This document shows, piece after piece, positions 47,197 to 57,979 of a stretch of 64,000 nt of DNA. The stretch's first letter is position 1; the number at the start of each line of letters is the position of its first letter. The notes under the pieces were generated by a model, which searched no databases, was not told where the DNA came from, and saw nothing but the letters and a program-made list of their open reading frames with translations. A program made the translations under genes and the position numbers. Origin of the DNA: Escherichia coli (GTDB lineage: Bacteria > Pseudomonadota > Gammaproteobacteria > Enterobacterales > Enterobacteriaceae); assembly GCF_003018115.1 (NCBI RefSeq), contig NZ_CP027457.1. The stretch is one strand, 5' to 3'.

Positions 47197-48255
47197 ATGT
47201 TTTCAATGATATTAAGCGGGCTAATTTGTGGTGCTCTGCTGGGATTTGTCATGCAGCGTGGGCGTTTTTGCCTGACTGGTGGTTTTCGCGATATGTATAT
47301 CGCGAAAAATAATCGCATGTTTTACGCCTTGCTGATTGCAATTTCGATACAAAGCGTGGGGGTTTTTGCGTTAATTCAGGCAGGCCTACTGACTTACGAA
47401 GCCGGGGCGTTCCCGTGGCTTGGTACTGTTATAGGTGGGTATATCTTCGGGCTGGGAATTGTTCTGGCGGGTGGATGTGCCACCGGGACCTGGTATCGCG
47501 CGGGTGAGGGATTGATCGGCAGTTGGATCGCGCTTTTCACTTATATGGTGATGAGTGCGGTGATGCGTTCTCCACACGCCAGTGGTTTAAATCAAACCTT
47601 GCAGCACTACAGTACTGAACATAACTCTATTGCTGAGACTTTTAATTTGTCTGTGTGGCCGTTGGTTGCCGTATTGCTGGTGATAACGCTCTGGGTGGTG
47701 ATGAAAGAGTTGAAGAAGCCAAAACTCAAAGTCGCGACCTTACCGCCGCGCCGAACTGGGATCGCTCATATTCTGTTTGAAAAACGCTGGCATCCCTTTG
47801 TCACTGCTGTACTCATCGGTTTGATTGCGCTTTTAGCCTGGCCCCTGAGTGAAGCAACCGGACGTATGTTTGGGTTAGGCATCACTTCCCCAACGGCCAA
47901 TATTCTGCAATTTCTGGTCGCGGGTGACGTGAAATACATTAACTGGGGCGTTTTCCTGGTGTTAGGGATCTTCGTGGGGTCATTTATTGCAGCCAAAGCG
48001 AGCCGTGAGTTCCGCGTTCGCGCAGCTGATGCACAAACAACAGTACGTAGCGGGTTAGGTGGTGTACTGATGGGCTTCGGTGCCAGTATTGCAGGTGGTT
48101 GCTCTATCGGTAATGGACTGGTTATGACTGCAATGATGACCTGGCAGGGCTGGATTGGCCTTGTATTTATGATTCTCGGAGTCTGGACTGCGTCCTGGCT
48201 TGTGTATGTTCGACCGCAGCGTAAGGCGCGACTGGCAACTGCTGCGGCAAATTAA
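47197..48255 (+). CDS. yeeE: Thiosulfate transporter YeeE/TsuA family membrane protein
   Basis: 352 aa; two conserved Cys-containing repeats (GRFCLTGG, GGCSIGNG). Confidence 0.8.
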   Translation: MFSMILSGLICGALLGFVMQRGRFCLTGGFRDMYIAKNNRMFYALLIAISIQSVGVFALIQAGLLTYEAGAFPWLGTVIGGYIFGLGIVLAGGCATGTWYRAGEGLIGSWIALFTYMVMSAVMRSPHASGLNQTLQHYSTEHNSIAETFNLSVWPLVAVLLVITLWVVMKELKKPKLKVATLPPRRTGIAHILFEKRWHPFVTAVLIGLIALLAWPLSEATGRMFGLGITSPTANILQFLVAGDVKYINWGVFLVLGIFVGSFIAAKASREFRVRAADAQTTVRSGLGGVLMGFGASIAGGCSIGNGLVMTAMMTWQGWIGLVFMILGVWTASWLVYVRPQRKARLATAAAN

Positions 48256-48268
48256 GTAAGGTGTAAAG

Positions 48269-48496
48269 ATGGCGATTAAAAAGCTGGATGTGGTGACGCA
48301 GGTCTGTCCGTTTCCACTCATAGAAGCAAAAGCAGCACTGGCAGAAATGGCCAGCGGCGATGAGTTGGTAATTGAGTTTGATTGCACCCAGGCAACAGAA
48401 GCAATCCCACAATGGGCGGCAGAAGAAGGACATGCCATCACCGATTATCAGCAGATTGGCGATGCTGCGTGGAGCATCACCGTTCAAAAAGCCTGA
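48269..48496 (+). CDS. yeeD: TusA-like sulfur carrier protein (YeeD/TsuB)
   Basis: 75 aa; CPFP motif in VVTQVCPFPLIEAK. Confidence 0.8.
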   Translation: MAIKKLDVVTQVCPFPLIEAKAALAEMASGDELVIEFDCTQATEAIPQWAAEEGHAITDYQQIGDAAWSITVQKA

Positions 48497-48538
48497 CCCA
48501 ACATTGTCCTCCGCCGTATCAGCGGCGGAGGCTTCAAA

Positions 48539-49966
48539 CTAGACGATCTCTTCCGCGTACTGCCAAAGCGCTTTTAACAGCGCCACTTTTTCTTTATCGT
48601 CGGCATACTGCTGCGCCAGCATCTGAATCTCTTCTGCATAGCCTTGTAAAAACTCGGGTGTGAATACCTGGCGGCGGTGCTCCAGCCAACGTTGCTGCTC
48701 GGCATAATCCAGCGTCCCTGGGAAGTTGCGTGCCCGATAATTGAACAACAGCTTTTCAATCCGTTTATCAACAAAAGTGATATCCAGTGCCGGTAAATTA
48801 CGCGGCTCGGTTTCCAGCACAATTTTCATTGCTGCACGATCGGCGTCACTGAAAAAGCCGTTATAAAGCTGTGTATCCACGTTATCTGAAGGCGTAAACG
48901 GTTCGGCTTCCGCGAATATCGCCACCACTTTTTCGCGCACTTGCGGATTTTCACGCAGAATTTTCAGGTTATCGAGGCAATGCTGACGATTAATTCCCAG
49001 TCGGTCGGCATCTTCCGGGCGTAGCGTATTCGCCTGGGCCAGCACCGGACATTTATTGATATGCACCAGCTTAACCGGAACGGCGGCGTTATCGCCAAGA
49101 TCGGTTTTTGCGGTATATAAACGCTCGCGTAATGTGTCGCTATCCAGTTCCAGTAATGGCGAAATGTCTCCTGCCAAATCCACCATAATTACGGCATTGC
49201 GATTTTCAGGATGCCACGCCAGCGGTGCCACCCAGCTGGTATTGCCGCGCCATGCCCCAAACATTCCGGAAACGTGCACCAGGGGTTTCATCTGCGGAAC
49301 ATCAATCAACGCCATCAGTTTGTGTTTATTACGATGGGTAAAGAGATATTCAAACAGACGTGGCTGACGCGTTTTTACCAGTTTCGCCATCGCAATAGTG
49401 GCGTACACATCAGCCATCGCATCGTGGGCGTTGCTATGTTCAATACCATTCGCTTTGGTTAAATGCTCAAGGCGAAAGCTCGGTAGACCGTCATCATTTT
49501 CAGGCCAGTTTATTCCTTCCGGGCGCAGGGCATAACAGGCACGCATAACATCCAGTAAATCCCAGCGCGAGTTATCATGCTGCCAGCTCCAGGCGTAAGG
49601 ATCGTAGAAATTACGATAAAAAATGTTGCGTGTGACTTCGTCGTCGAAACGCACATTGTTGTAGCCCAGAATACAGGTCTTCGGTACGGTAAAAAGCGAG
49701 TGAATACGGGCGGCAAACGCGGCTTCGTTTTCTCCTTTCGCCCGTGCTTCCTGCGGGGTAATACCGGTAATTAATACGGCTCCAGGCTGGGGTAAATAGT
49801 CATCCGCAGGCTTGCAGTAAAAGACTTCGGGTTCGCCGATGACATTGAATTCGCTATCGGTGCGAATGGCTGCGAACTGTGCAGGGCGATCTAACGCGGG
49901 GTGCGTGCCAAAGGTTTCGTAATCGTGAAACAAAAAGGTAGATTGTTGCTTACCGTCATTCATCAT
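48539..49966 (-). CDS. sbcB: Exodeoxyribonuclease I
   Basis: ORF 48539..50038 trimmed to MMNDGKQQSTFLFHDYETFG (475 aa). Confidence 0.95.
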   Translation of the reverse strand: MMNDGKQQSTFLFHDYETFGTHPALDRPAQFAAIRTDSEFNVIGEPEVFYCKPADDYLPQPGAVLITGITPQEARAKGENEAAFAARIHSLFTVPKTCILGYNNVRFDDEVTRNIFYRNFYDPYAWSWQHDNSRWDLLDVMRACYALRPEGINWPENDDGLPSFRLEHLTKANGIEHSNAHDAMADVYATIAMAKLVKTRQPRLFEYLFTHRNKHKLMALIDVPQMKPLVHVSGMFGAWRGNTSWVAPLAWHPENRNAVIMVDLAGDISPLLELDSDTLRERLYTAKTDLGDNAAVPVKLVHINKCPVLAQANTLRPEDADRLGINRQHCLDNLKILRENPQVREKVVAIFAEAEPFTPSDNVDTQLYNGFFSDADRAAMKIVLETEPRNLPALDITFVDKRIEKLLFNYRARNFPGTLDYAEQQRWLEHRRQVFTPEFLQGYAEEIQMLAQQYADDKEKVALLKALWQYAEEIV

Positions 49967-50174
49967 TAGGTTAAATCCGTTATTTCTACTGTCTGCCAGA
50001 GTATCAAATATCACCGTGCTAATCAGCTTTAGCGCCACAATTTGGCAGCGAGTGGCAACAGATCATGTCAGATAAAAATGAGAGGGTAGTCACATTTTCT
50101 TGCACTTTATTCCAGCCAGTTCATAAGTATTTCCGTAAAAAGAACAGCTATTTGAAACTCCTGAGGGTTTGCTG

Positions 50175-51341
50175 TTGAAACGCCGTCTTATTATTGCTGC
50201 TTCTTTGTTCGTTTTTAACTTATCGTCTGGTTTTGCGGCGGAAAACATTCCTTTTTCACCTCAGCCTCCTGAGATTCATGCCGGATCCTGGGTATTGATG
50301 GATTACACCACCGGTCAGATCCTCACCGCGGGTAATGAGCATCAACAGCGCAATCCCGCCAGCCTGACAAAGCTGATGACGGGTTATGTCGTGGATCGCG
50401 CTATCGATAGTCATCGCATTACGCCAGACGATATTGTCACCGTGGGGCGTGATGCGTGGGCGAAAGATAATCCGGTGTTTGTCGGTTCTTCACTGATGTT
50501 TTTGAAAGAGGGCGATCGCGTATCGGTACGTGATTTAAGCCGTGGTTTAATTGTGGATTCCGGAAATGACGCTTGTGTTGCACTGGCTGACTATATTGCC
50601 GGTGGGCAACGGCAGTTTGTTGAAATGATGAACAACTATGCCGAGAAGCTGCATCTCAAGGATACGCATTTTGAAACAGTGCATGGCCTGGATGCGCCAG
50701 GTCAGCATAGCTCGGCTTATGATTTAGCTGTGCTTTCTCGCGCTATCATCCACGGCGAGCCCGAGTTTTATCATATGTACAGTGAGAAAAGCCTCACCTG
50801 GAACGGTATCACCCAGCAAAACCGTAACGGGTTATTGTGGGATAAAACCATGAATATTGACGGCCTGAAAACGGGTCATACTTCTGGTGCCGGGTTTAAT
50901 CTCATTGCTTCGGCTGTAGATGGGCAGCGTCGTCTCATTGCAGTGGTAATGGGTGCTGACAGCGCAAAAGGTCGTGAGGAAGAGGCAAGAAAATTACTGC
51001 GTTGGGGGCAACAAAACTTTACTACGGTGCAAATTTTGCACCGTGGGAAAAAGGTCGGTACGGAACGCATCTGGTATGGCGATAAAGAAAATATCGCCCT
51101 GGGAACAGAACAAGAGTTCTGGATGGTACTACCGAAAGCCGAAATTCCACATATCAAAGCCAAATATACCCTTGATGGTAAAGAGCTCACCGCGCCAATT
51201 AGCGCCCATCAGCGGGTAGGGGAAATTGAACTTTACGACCGTGATAAACAGGTGGCGCACTGGCCGCTGGTTACCCTGGAATCTGTCGGGGAAGGCAGCA
51301 TGTTTTCTCGCCTGAGTGATTATTTCCACCATAAGGCCTGA
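50175..51341 (+). CDS. dacD: D-alanyl-D-alanine carboxypeptidase (PBP6b)
   Basis: ORF 50169..51341 has no ATG start; TTG at 50175 follows gaggg; SLTK active-site motif present. Confidence 0.85.
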   Translation: MKRRLIIAASLFVFNLSSGFAAENIPFSPQPPEIHAGSWVLMDYTTGQILTAGNEHQQRNPASLTKLMTGYVVDRAIDSHRITPDDIVTVGRDAWAKDNPVFVGSSLMFLKEGDRVSVRDLSRGLIVDSGNDACVALADYIAGGQRQFVEMMNNYAEKLHLKDTHFETVHGLDAPGQHSSAYDLAVLSRAIIHGEPEFYHMYSEKSLTWNGITQQNRNGLLWDKTMNIDGLKTGHTSGAGFNLIASAVDGQRRLIAVVMGADSAKGREEEARKLLRWGQQNFTTVQILHRGKKVGTERIWYGDKENIALGTEQEFWMVLPKAEIPHIKAKYTLDGKELTAPISAHQRVGEIELYDRDKQVAHWPLVTLESVGEGSMFSRLSDYFHHKA

Positions 51342-51425
51342 CCTTTCTTTTGCAGCAGACTGGCAGGAGTGCGAGTCTGCTCGCATAATCAACACTCATT
51401 CCTTGTGGTTTTAATTTTGCAACTA

Positions 51426-51445
51426 TACTGTATATAAAAACAGTA
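51426..51445 (+). promoter_or_regulatory. LexA (SOS) box upstream of sbmC
   Basis: tactgtatataaaaacagta matches the CTGT-N8-ACAG consensus, 15 bp upstream of the sbmC start. Confidence 0.75.
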
Positions 51446-51459
51446 TTAATGGAGGCGTC

Positions 51460-51933
51460 ATGAACTACGAGATTAAGCAGGAAGATAAACGTACCGTTGC
51501 AGGTTTCCATCTCGTTGGCCCGTGGGAACAGACGGTAAAGAAAGGCTTTGAGCAGTTGATGATGTGGGTAGATAGCAAAAATATTGTGCCGAAGGAGTGG
51601 GTTGCTGTCTATTACGACAATCCAGATGAAACACCCGCCGAAAAATTACGCTGCGACACCGTCGTGACGGTGCCGGGTTACTTTACGCTTCCCGAAAACA
51701 GTGAGGGCGTCATTCTGACAGAAATTTCAGGTGGTCAGTATGCGGTGGCGGTAGCTCGTGTAGTCGGTGATGATTTTGCTAAACCCTGGTATCAGTTCTT
51801 TAATAGCCTCTTGCAGGACAGTGCTTATGAAATGTTACCAAAGCCCTGCTTCGAGGTTTATTTGAACAATGGCGCGGAAGATGGGTACTGGGATATCGAA
51901 ATGTATGTTGCGGTGCAGCCAAAACATCACTAA
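51460..51933 (+). CDS. sbmC: DNA gyrase inhibitor SbmC/GyrI
   Basis: 157 aa; [24 protein letters not shown]. Confidence 0.9.
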   Translation: MNYEIKQEDKRTVAGFHLVGPWEQTVKKGFEQLMMWVDSKNIVPKEWVAVYYDNPDETPAEKLRCDTVVTVPGYFTLPENSEGVILTEISGGQYAVAVARVVGDDFAKPWYQFFNSLLQDSAYEMLPKPCFEVYLNNGAEDGYWDIEMYVAVQPKHH

Positions 51934-52131
51934 TTCATCTCAGGGCGGTGTGTTAACGCGATGACCACTCTTTTTTTTGAAAGCGAAAAGAGTAAGATGC
52001 GCCTTTCAATTTTTTCGCTCCTGCCGGGAAATTACACTGTTCCCGGTTTGTCCGTCGGATATTTCAGAGGCGCCCCTTCTGGCCGACAGATGAGTTATGA
52101 GCGCTTTTAATCTTCATTACGGAGTTTCTGC

Positions 52132-53190
52132 GTGCGTGCCGATAAGTCATTAAGCCCGTTTGAAATCCGGGTATACCGCCATTACCGCATTGTGCATGGT
52201 ACTCGGGTCGCGCTGGCATTCCTGCTCACTTTTCTCATTATCCGCCTGTTTACTATCCCGGAAAGTACCTGGCCGCTGGTCACCATGGTGGTGATTATGG
52301 GGCCAATCTCGTTCTGGGGTAACGTTGTCCCTCGCGCCTTCGAACGTATTGGCGGTACGGTGTTGGGTTCGATTTTAGGTCTTATCGCTCTGCAACTGGA
52401 GTTAATCTCGTTACCGCTGATGTTAGTCTGGTGCGCGGCGGCTATGTTTCTTTGCGGTTGGCTGGCGCTGGGCAAGAAACCGTATCAAGGTTTATTGATT
52501 GGGGTGACGCTGGCAATTGTTGTGGGTTCCCCGACAGGTGAAATTGATACGGCGTTATGGCGAAGCGGCGATGTGATCCTCGGCTCTTTACTGGCAATGT
52601 TGTTTACCGGTATCTGGCCACAACGGGCGTTCATCCACTGGCGTATTCAACTGGCGAAAAGTCTGACCGAGTATAATCGGGTCTATCAATCTGCATTCTC
52701 ACCGAACTTACTCGAACGCCCACGTCTGGAAAGCCATCTACAAAAACTCTTGACCGATGCCGTGAAAATGCGTGGGCTGATTGCGCCCGCCAGCAAAGAA
52801 ACTCGTATTCCAAAATCGATATATGAAGGTATCCAGACCATTAACCGCAATCTGGTTTGTATGCTGGAGTTGCAAATCAATGCATACTGGGCCACGCGCC
52901 CCAGCCATTTCGTGTTATTGAACGCGCAAAAACTTCGTGATACCCAGCACATGATGCAGCAAATACTGCTGAGCCTTGTTCATGCGCTGTACGAAGGTAA
53001 TCCGCAGCCGGTTTTTGCCAATACGGAAAAATTGAACGATGCTGTGGAAGAGCTGCGTCAGTTGCTCAATAACCACCATGACCTGAAGGTTGTGGAAACA
53101 CCAATCTATGGTTATGTGTGGCTGAACATGGAAACGGCGCATCAGCTTGAGTTGCTATCGAATCTGATTTGCCGGGCCTTGCGCAAATAA
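52132..53190 (+). CDS. yeeA: FUSC-family inner membrane protein
   Basis: 352 aa; hydrophobic N-terminal half. Confidence 0.8.
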   Translation: MRADKSLSPFEIRVYRHYRIVHGTRVALAFLLTFLIIRLFTIPESTWPLVTMVVIMGPISFWGNVVPRAFERIGGTVLGSILGLIALQLELISLPLMLVWCAAAMFLCGWLALGKKPYQGLLIGVTLAIVVGSPTGEIDTALWRSGDVILGSLLAMLFTGIWPQRAFIHWRIQLAKSLTEYNRVYQSAFSPNLLERPRLESHLQKLLTDAVKMRGLIAPASKETRIPKSIYEGIQTINRNLVCMLELQINAYWATRPSHFVLLNAQKLRDTQHMMQQILLSLVHALYEGNPQPVFANTEKLNDAVEELRQLLNNHHDLKVVETPIYGYVWLNMETAHQLELLSNLICRALRK

Positions 53191-53361
53191 TTCCTGAACT
53201 TCAGAATCATCTTGCTGCTGCTTCGATTCAGCAAGGATAAAGGGTATGATAGTGAAAAGGGATAAAAGCATTGTCATCTGCGGCAGCTATGAGTAATGTT
53301 GGCCCTAACGAATAGCGGTTGCTTAAACGAATCCGACTCTCACATTATCAGGGGTATAAAA

Positions 53362-53691
53362 ATGGAAACTACCAAGCCTTCATTCCAGGACGTACTGGAA
53401 TTTGTTCGTCTGTTCCGTCGTAAGAACAAACTGCAACGTGAAATTCAGGACGTTGAGAAAAAGATCCGTGACAACCAGAAGCGCGTCCTGTTGCTGGACA
53501 ACCTGAGTGATTACATCAAGCCGGGGATGAGCGTTGAAGCAATCCAGGGCATCATCGCTAGCATGAAAGGTGACTATGAAGATCGCGTTGACGATTACAT
53601 CATCAAAAATGCCGAGCTCTCCAAAGAACGCCGCGATATCTCCAAAAAGCTGAAAGCTATGGGCGAAATGAAAAACGGCGAAGCGAAGTAA
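53362..53691 (+). CDS. yeeX: DUF496-family protein YeeX
   Basis: ORF 53296..53691 trimmed to [14 protein letters not shown] (109 aa). Confidence 0.8.
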   Translation: METTKPSFQDVLEFVRLFRRKNKLQREIQDVEKKIRDNQKRVLLLDNLSDYIKPGMSVEAIQGIIASMKGDYEDRVDDYIIKNAELSKERRDISKKLKAMGEMKNGEAK

Positions 53692-54149
53692 TTCCTGTTT
53701 TATTCAATGAGGGTTGCCCGGCAACCCTCATTGCTCATTGATTCTTTTCTGTGTATCACAGTCATCATTCCCATCTGATAACCTATCGAAATTAGCGACA
53801 GACATCTTCTGTATGAAGCAAGGCAAAAAGTTCTGCAACTCTATTGTTATTAACCGCACTGGTTACTAACACGTTGTGCGATCCAGCTTCCCGTAACCAA
53901 ACTTTCACCAAAGATATTTCTTCCATGCTGGCTAAATCTGCTTTGGTGACTACTCCAATGATCGGACGTTAACACGAGGAAGTCTGGCTATTCCACAATG
54001 CCATCTTCTTTCGTAATGGATTGAGAATGCTGGATTTTTAATTATATTACGCGCAGTATTAATCGTGTAAATGTTTTGCGGTCAGCAACGGTGGGGGATC
54101 CATTGTTCTGTTCAATGAATACCATCATACAATTGAATCAGGAGTCGGT

Positions 54150-54695
54150 ATGATGATTTTGGTGACGGGGGGCGCACGGAGCGGGAAGAGTCGCCACGCA
54201 GAGGCGCTTATTGGAGACTCTTCACAGGTTCTGTATATCGCCACCTCGCAAATCCTTGATGATGAGATGGCTGCACGGATAGAACATCATCGGCAAGGCC
54301 GCCCGGCGCACTGGCGCACGGTGGAGCGCTGGCAACATCTTGATGAATTAATTCATGCAGACATTAACCCGCATGAAGCTGTGTTGCTGGAATGCGTTAC
54401 CACAATGGTGACTAATCTGTTGTTTGATTATGGCGGAGATAAAGACCCTGATGAATGGGATTATCAGGCGATGGAACAGGCGATTAATGCTGAGATTCAG
54501 TCGTTGATTGCTGCCTGCCAACGTTGCCCCGCAAAGGTTGTATTAGTGACTAACGAAGTGGGAATGGGGATTGTGCCGGAGAGTCGTCTGGCACGTCATT
54601 TTCGTGATATTGCCGGGCGGGTAAATCAGCAGCTGGCCGCTGCGGCGAATGAAGTGTGGCTGGTGGTTTCGGGTATTGGAGTAAAAATCAAATGA
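54150..54695 (+). CDS. cobU: Adenosylcobinamide kinase / adenosylcobinamide-phosphate guanylyltransferase
   Basis: 181 aa; P-loop GGARSGKS. Confidence 0.9.
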   Translation: MMILVTGGARSGKSRHAEALIGDSSQVLYIATSQILDDEMAARIEHHRQGRPAHWRTVERWQHLDELIHADINPHEAVLLECVTTMVTNLLFDYGGDKDPDEWDYQAMEQAINAEIQSLIAACQRCPAKVVLVTNEVGMGIVPESRLARHFRDIAGRVNQQLAAAANEVWLVVSGIGVKIK

Positions 54696-55435
54696 GTAAA
54701 TTATTTTGGGCGATGCTCTCTTTTATTACGCGTCTGCCTGTGCCGCGTCGCTGGTCCCAGGGACTGGATTTCGAGCATTATTCTCGCGGTATTATTACTT
54801 TTCCTTTAATTGGATTATTGCTTGGCGCGATTAGCGGGCTGGTTTTCATGGTGCTGCAGGCATGGTGTGGCGTACCACTGGCGGCACTGTTTAGCGTGCT
54901 TGTGCTGGCGCTGATGACCGGGGGATTCCACCTGGACGGCCTCGCCGATACCTGTGATGGCGTATTTTCTGCACGTAGCCGCGATCGCATGTTGGAAATC
55001 ATGCGTGATAGCCGTTTAGGCACCCACGGCGGTCTGGCATTGATTTTTGTTGTACTGGCAAAGATTCTGGTGTTAAGCGAGTTGGCTCTGCGTGGCGAAC
55101 CGATCCTTGCATCGCTGGCGGCAGCATGTGCGGTCAGCCGCGGGACTGCCGCATTATTGATGTATCGTCATCGTTATGCCCGGGAAGAAGGGCTTGGCAA
55201 TGTATTCATTGGCAAAATTGATGGGCGACAAACCTGCGTCACACTCGGCTTGGCCGCTATTTTTGCTGCCGTATTATTGCCGGGTATGCATGGTGTGGCT
55301 GCTATGGTGGTGACGATGGTGGCGATTTTCATCCTCGGTCAGCTTCTCAAACGTACGCTGGGCGGGCAAACCGGCGATACGCTGGGAGCTGCTATAGAGC
55401 TTGGTGAACTGGTCTTCCTGCTGGCACTGCTATAA
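54692..55435 (+). CDS. cobS: Adenosylcobinamide-GDP ribazoletransferase (cobalamin synthase)
   Basis: ORF 54656..55435 trimmed to [11 protein letters not shown] (247 aa); ATGA overlap with cobU. Confidence 0.9.
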   Translation: MSKLFWAMLSFITRLPVPRRWSQGLDFEHYSRGIITFPLIGLLLGAISGLVFMVLQAWCGVPLAALFSVLVLALMTGGFHLDGLADTCDGVFSARSRDRMLEIMRDSRLGTHGGLALIFVVLAKILVLSELALRGEPILASLAAACAVSRGTAALLMYRHRYAREEGLGNVFIGKIDGRQTCVTLGLAAIFAAVLLPGMHGVAAMVVTMVAIFILGQLLKRTLGGQTGDTLGAAIELGELVFLLALL

Positions 55436-55446
55436 AGAGACGTGAC

Positions 55447-56526
55447 ATGCAAACACTTGCCGATTTACTGAATACGATCCCTGCTATCGATCCTGCCGCT
55501 ATGTCGCGTGCACAACGGCATATTGACGGGTTACTCAAACCTGTTGGTAGCCTTGGAAGGCTGGAGGCGCTTGCCATACAACTGGCAGGAATGCCGGGGT
55601 TGAATGGCATACCGCATGTGGGCAAAAAAGCGGTACTGGTTATGTGTGCCGATCACGGCGTCTGGGAGGAAGGGGTCGCTATTTCCCCAAAAGAAGTGAC
55701 AGCCATTCAGGCTGAAAATATGACCCGCGGAACAACCGGCGTGTGTGTGCTGGCAGCACAAGCGGGCGCTAACGTCCACGTAATTGATGTTGGTATTGAT
55801 AGTGCTGAGCCTATCCCCGGGCTTATCAACATGCGTGTCGCACGAGGTAGCGGCAATATTGCTTCAGCTCCGGCAATGAGTCGCCGTCAGGCTGAAAAGT
55901 TGCTTTTGGACGTCATATGTTATACGCGGGAGCTGGCAAAAAATGGTGTCACGCTGTTTTGTGTAGGTGAACTGGGGATGGCAAACACGACACCGGCAGC
56001 GGCAATAGTCAGCACAATCACTGGCCGGGATCCTGAAGAAGTGGTTGGGATTGGCGCAAACCTGCCAACAGATAAACTGGCTAATAAAATTAATGTTGTG
56101 CGCCGGGCGATTACGTTGAATCAACCAAATCCGCAGGATGGCGTTGATGTTCTGGCAAAAGTGGGTGGATTTGATTTGGTCGGAATGGCTGGCGTGATGT
56201 TAGGCGCTGCTTCCTGCGGTTTACCCGTGTTGCTGGATGGATTTCTTTCTTATGCTGCTGCGCTCGCAGCCTGCCAGATGTCTCCTGCAATCAAACCGTA
56301 TCTCATTCCTTCTCACCTGTCGGCAGAAAAAGGGGCGCGTATAGCGCTGTCGCATTTGGGGCTGGAGCCTTATCTCGATATGGAGATGCGTTTAGGTGAG
56401 GGGAGTGGCGCAGCTCTGGCGATGCCCATCATCGAAGCTGCCTGTGCGATATATAACAACATGGGCGAACTTGCTGCCAGTAATATTGTTCTACCGGGGA
56501 ATACGACTTCTGATTTGAACAGTTAA
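55447..56526 (+). CDS. cobT: Nicotinate-nucleotide:dimethylbenzimidazole phosphoribosyltransferase
   Basis: 359 aa. Confidence 0.9.
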   Translation: MQTLADLLNTIPAIDPAAMSRAQRHIDGLLKPVGSLGRLEALAIQLAGMPGLNGIPHVGKKAVLVMCADHGVWEEGVAISPKEVTAIQAENMTRGTTGVCVLAAQAGANVHVIDVGIDSAEPIPGLINMRVARGSGNIASAPAMSRRQAEKLLLDVICYTRELAKNGVTLFCVGELGMANTTPAAAIVSTITGRDPEEVVGIGANLPTDKLANKINVVRRAITLNQPNPQDGVDVLAKVGGFDLVGMAGVMLGAASCGLPVLLDGFLSYAAALAACQMSPAIKPYLIPSHLSAEKGARIALSHLGLEPYLDMEMRLGEGSGAALAMPIIEAACAIYNNMGELAASNIVLPGNTTSDLNS

Positions 56527-56590
56527 AAACGAAAAGTCTGATAAAAGCTATACTTAACGGATAGCTTTCGCGACTTAGGAAAGGGACATG

Positions 56591-57523
56591 ATGCGTCGTG
56601 TAAATATTCTTTGCTCATTTGCTCTGCTTTTTGCCAGCCATACTAGCCTGGCGGTAACTTATCCATTACCTCCAGAGGGTAGCCGTTTAGTGGGGCAGTC
56701 GTTTACTGTAACTGTTCCTGATCACAATACCCAGCCGCTGGAGACTTTTGCCGCACAATACGGGCAAGGGTTAAGTAACATGCTGGAAGCGAACCCGGGC
56801 GCTGATGTTTTCTTGCCGAAGTCTGGCTCGCAACTCACCATTCCGCAGCAACTGATTTTGCCCGCCACTGTTCGTAAAGGGATTGTGGTTAACGTCGCTG
56901 AGATGCGTCTTTATTACTACCCACCAGACAGTAATACTGTGGAAGTCTTTCCTATTGGTATCGGCCAGGCTGGGCGAGAAACCCCGCGTAACTGGGTGAC
57001 TACCGTTGAACGTAAACAAGAAGCTCCAACCTGGACGCCAACGCCGAACACTCGGCGCGAATATGCGAAACGAGGGGAGAGTTTGCCCGCATTTGTTCCT
57101 GCGGGGCCCGATAATCCCATGGGGCTGTACGCGATTTATATTGGCAGGTTGTATGCCATCCACGGTACCAATGCCAATTTTGGTATTGGGCTCCGGGTAA
57201 GTCAGGGCTGTATTCGTCTGCGCAATGACGATATCAAATATCTGTTTGATAATGTTCCTGTTGGGACGCGTGTGCAAATTATCGACCAGCCAGTAAAATA
57301 CACCACTGAACCAGATGGCTCGAACTGGCTGGAAGTTCATGAGCCGCTGTCGCGCAATCGTGCAGAATATGAGTCTGACCGAAAAGTGCCATTGCCGGTA
57401 ACCCCATCTTTGCGGGCGTTTATCAACGGGCAAGAAGTTGATGTGAATCGCGCAAATGCTGCGTTGCAACGTCGATCGGGAATGCCTGTGCAAATTAGTT
57501 CTGGTTCAAGACAGATGTTTTAA
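56591..57523 (+). CDS. ldtA: L,D-transpeptidase (ErfK/YkuD family)
   Basis: 310 aa from [10 protein letters not shown]; signal peptide; catalytic-region motif [11 protein letters not shown]. Confidence 0.9.
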   Translation: MRRVNILCSFALLFASHTSLAVTYPLPPEGSRLVGQSFTVTVPDHNTQPLETFAAQYGQGLSNMLEANPGADVFLPKSGSQLTIPQQLILPATVRKGIVVNVAEMRLYYYPPDSNTVEVFPIGIGQAGRETPRNWVTTVERKQEAPTWTPTPNTRREYAKRGESLPAFVPAGPDNPMGLYAIYIGRLYAIHGTNANFGIGLRVSQGCIRLRNDDIKYLFDNVPVGTRVQIIDQPVKYTTEPDGSNWLEVHEPLSRNRAEYESDRKVPLPVTPSLRAFINGQEVDVNRANAALQRRSGMPVQISSGSRQMF

Positions 57524-57549
57524 GAGCGTTGGTAATTAGAAAGCAAAAA

Positions 57550-57573
57550 GCCTGCTAGAAAGCAGGCTTTTTT
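57550..57573. terminator. Hairpin gcctgct agaa agcaggc with T-run, shared by convergent ldtA and tRNA-Asn
   Basis: Perfect 7 bp stem followed by T6 on the plus strand. Confidence 0.7.
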
Positions 57574-57578
57574 GAATT

Positions 57579-57654
57579 TGGCTCCTCTGACTGGACTCGA
57601 ACCAGTGACATACGGATTAACAGTCCGCCGTTCTACCGACTGAACTACAGAGGA
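57579..57654 (-). tRNA. asnV: tRNA-Asn (GUU anticodon)
   Basis: 76 nt; reverse complement reads TCCTCTGTAGTTCAGTCGGTAGAACGGCGGACTGTTAATCCGTATGTCACTGGTTCGAGTCCAGTCAGAGGAGCCA; gene name assigned from K-12 synteny. Confidence 0.95.
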
Positions 57655-57908
57655 ATCGTGTGAACGGGGCGCATATTAATGGCAGTGCATGGTGATGTCA
57701 AAGGGTGAAATGCATTTTTTTGTTTGTTTGCTGTCAATTTCAACAAAGTGATGAGATTTCAATCTTATTGGTAATGAACCATCGTGGTGCATACCCTCCT
57801 TTTATAGGGCAGGGGAACGCGACTGCTGGTGAAAAGAGCCAATGACGAATCTATCATAATCTCTTATTTGACAGTTGGTTAGCTTGTACATCAACGCCAA
57901 AATAAAAC

Positions 57909-57924
57909 TGGCAAGCATCTTGCA
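57909..57924 (+). promoter_or_regulatory. Sigma-54 (-24/-12) promoter candidate for nac
   Basis: TGGCAAGCATCTTGCA fits the TGGCAC-N5-TTGCW consensus, 56 bp upstream of the nac start. Confidence 0.65.
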
Positions 57925-57979
57925 GTCTGGTTGTAAGTAATGGCGGCACTTGGGCCGATTCTCAAAAACCGGAGGCAAC

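Noticed and set aside
56771-57493. 240 aa minus-strand ORF inside ldtA
   Set aside because: Antisense shadow ORF; the plus-strand product has a signal peptide and L,D-transpeptidase motifs.
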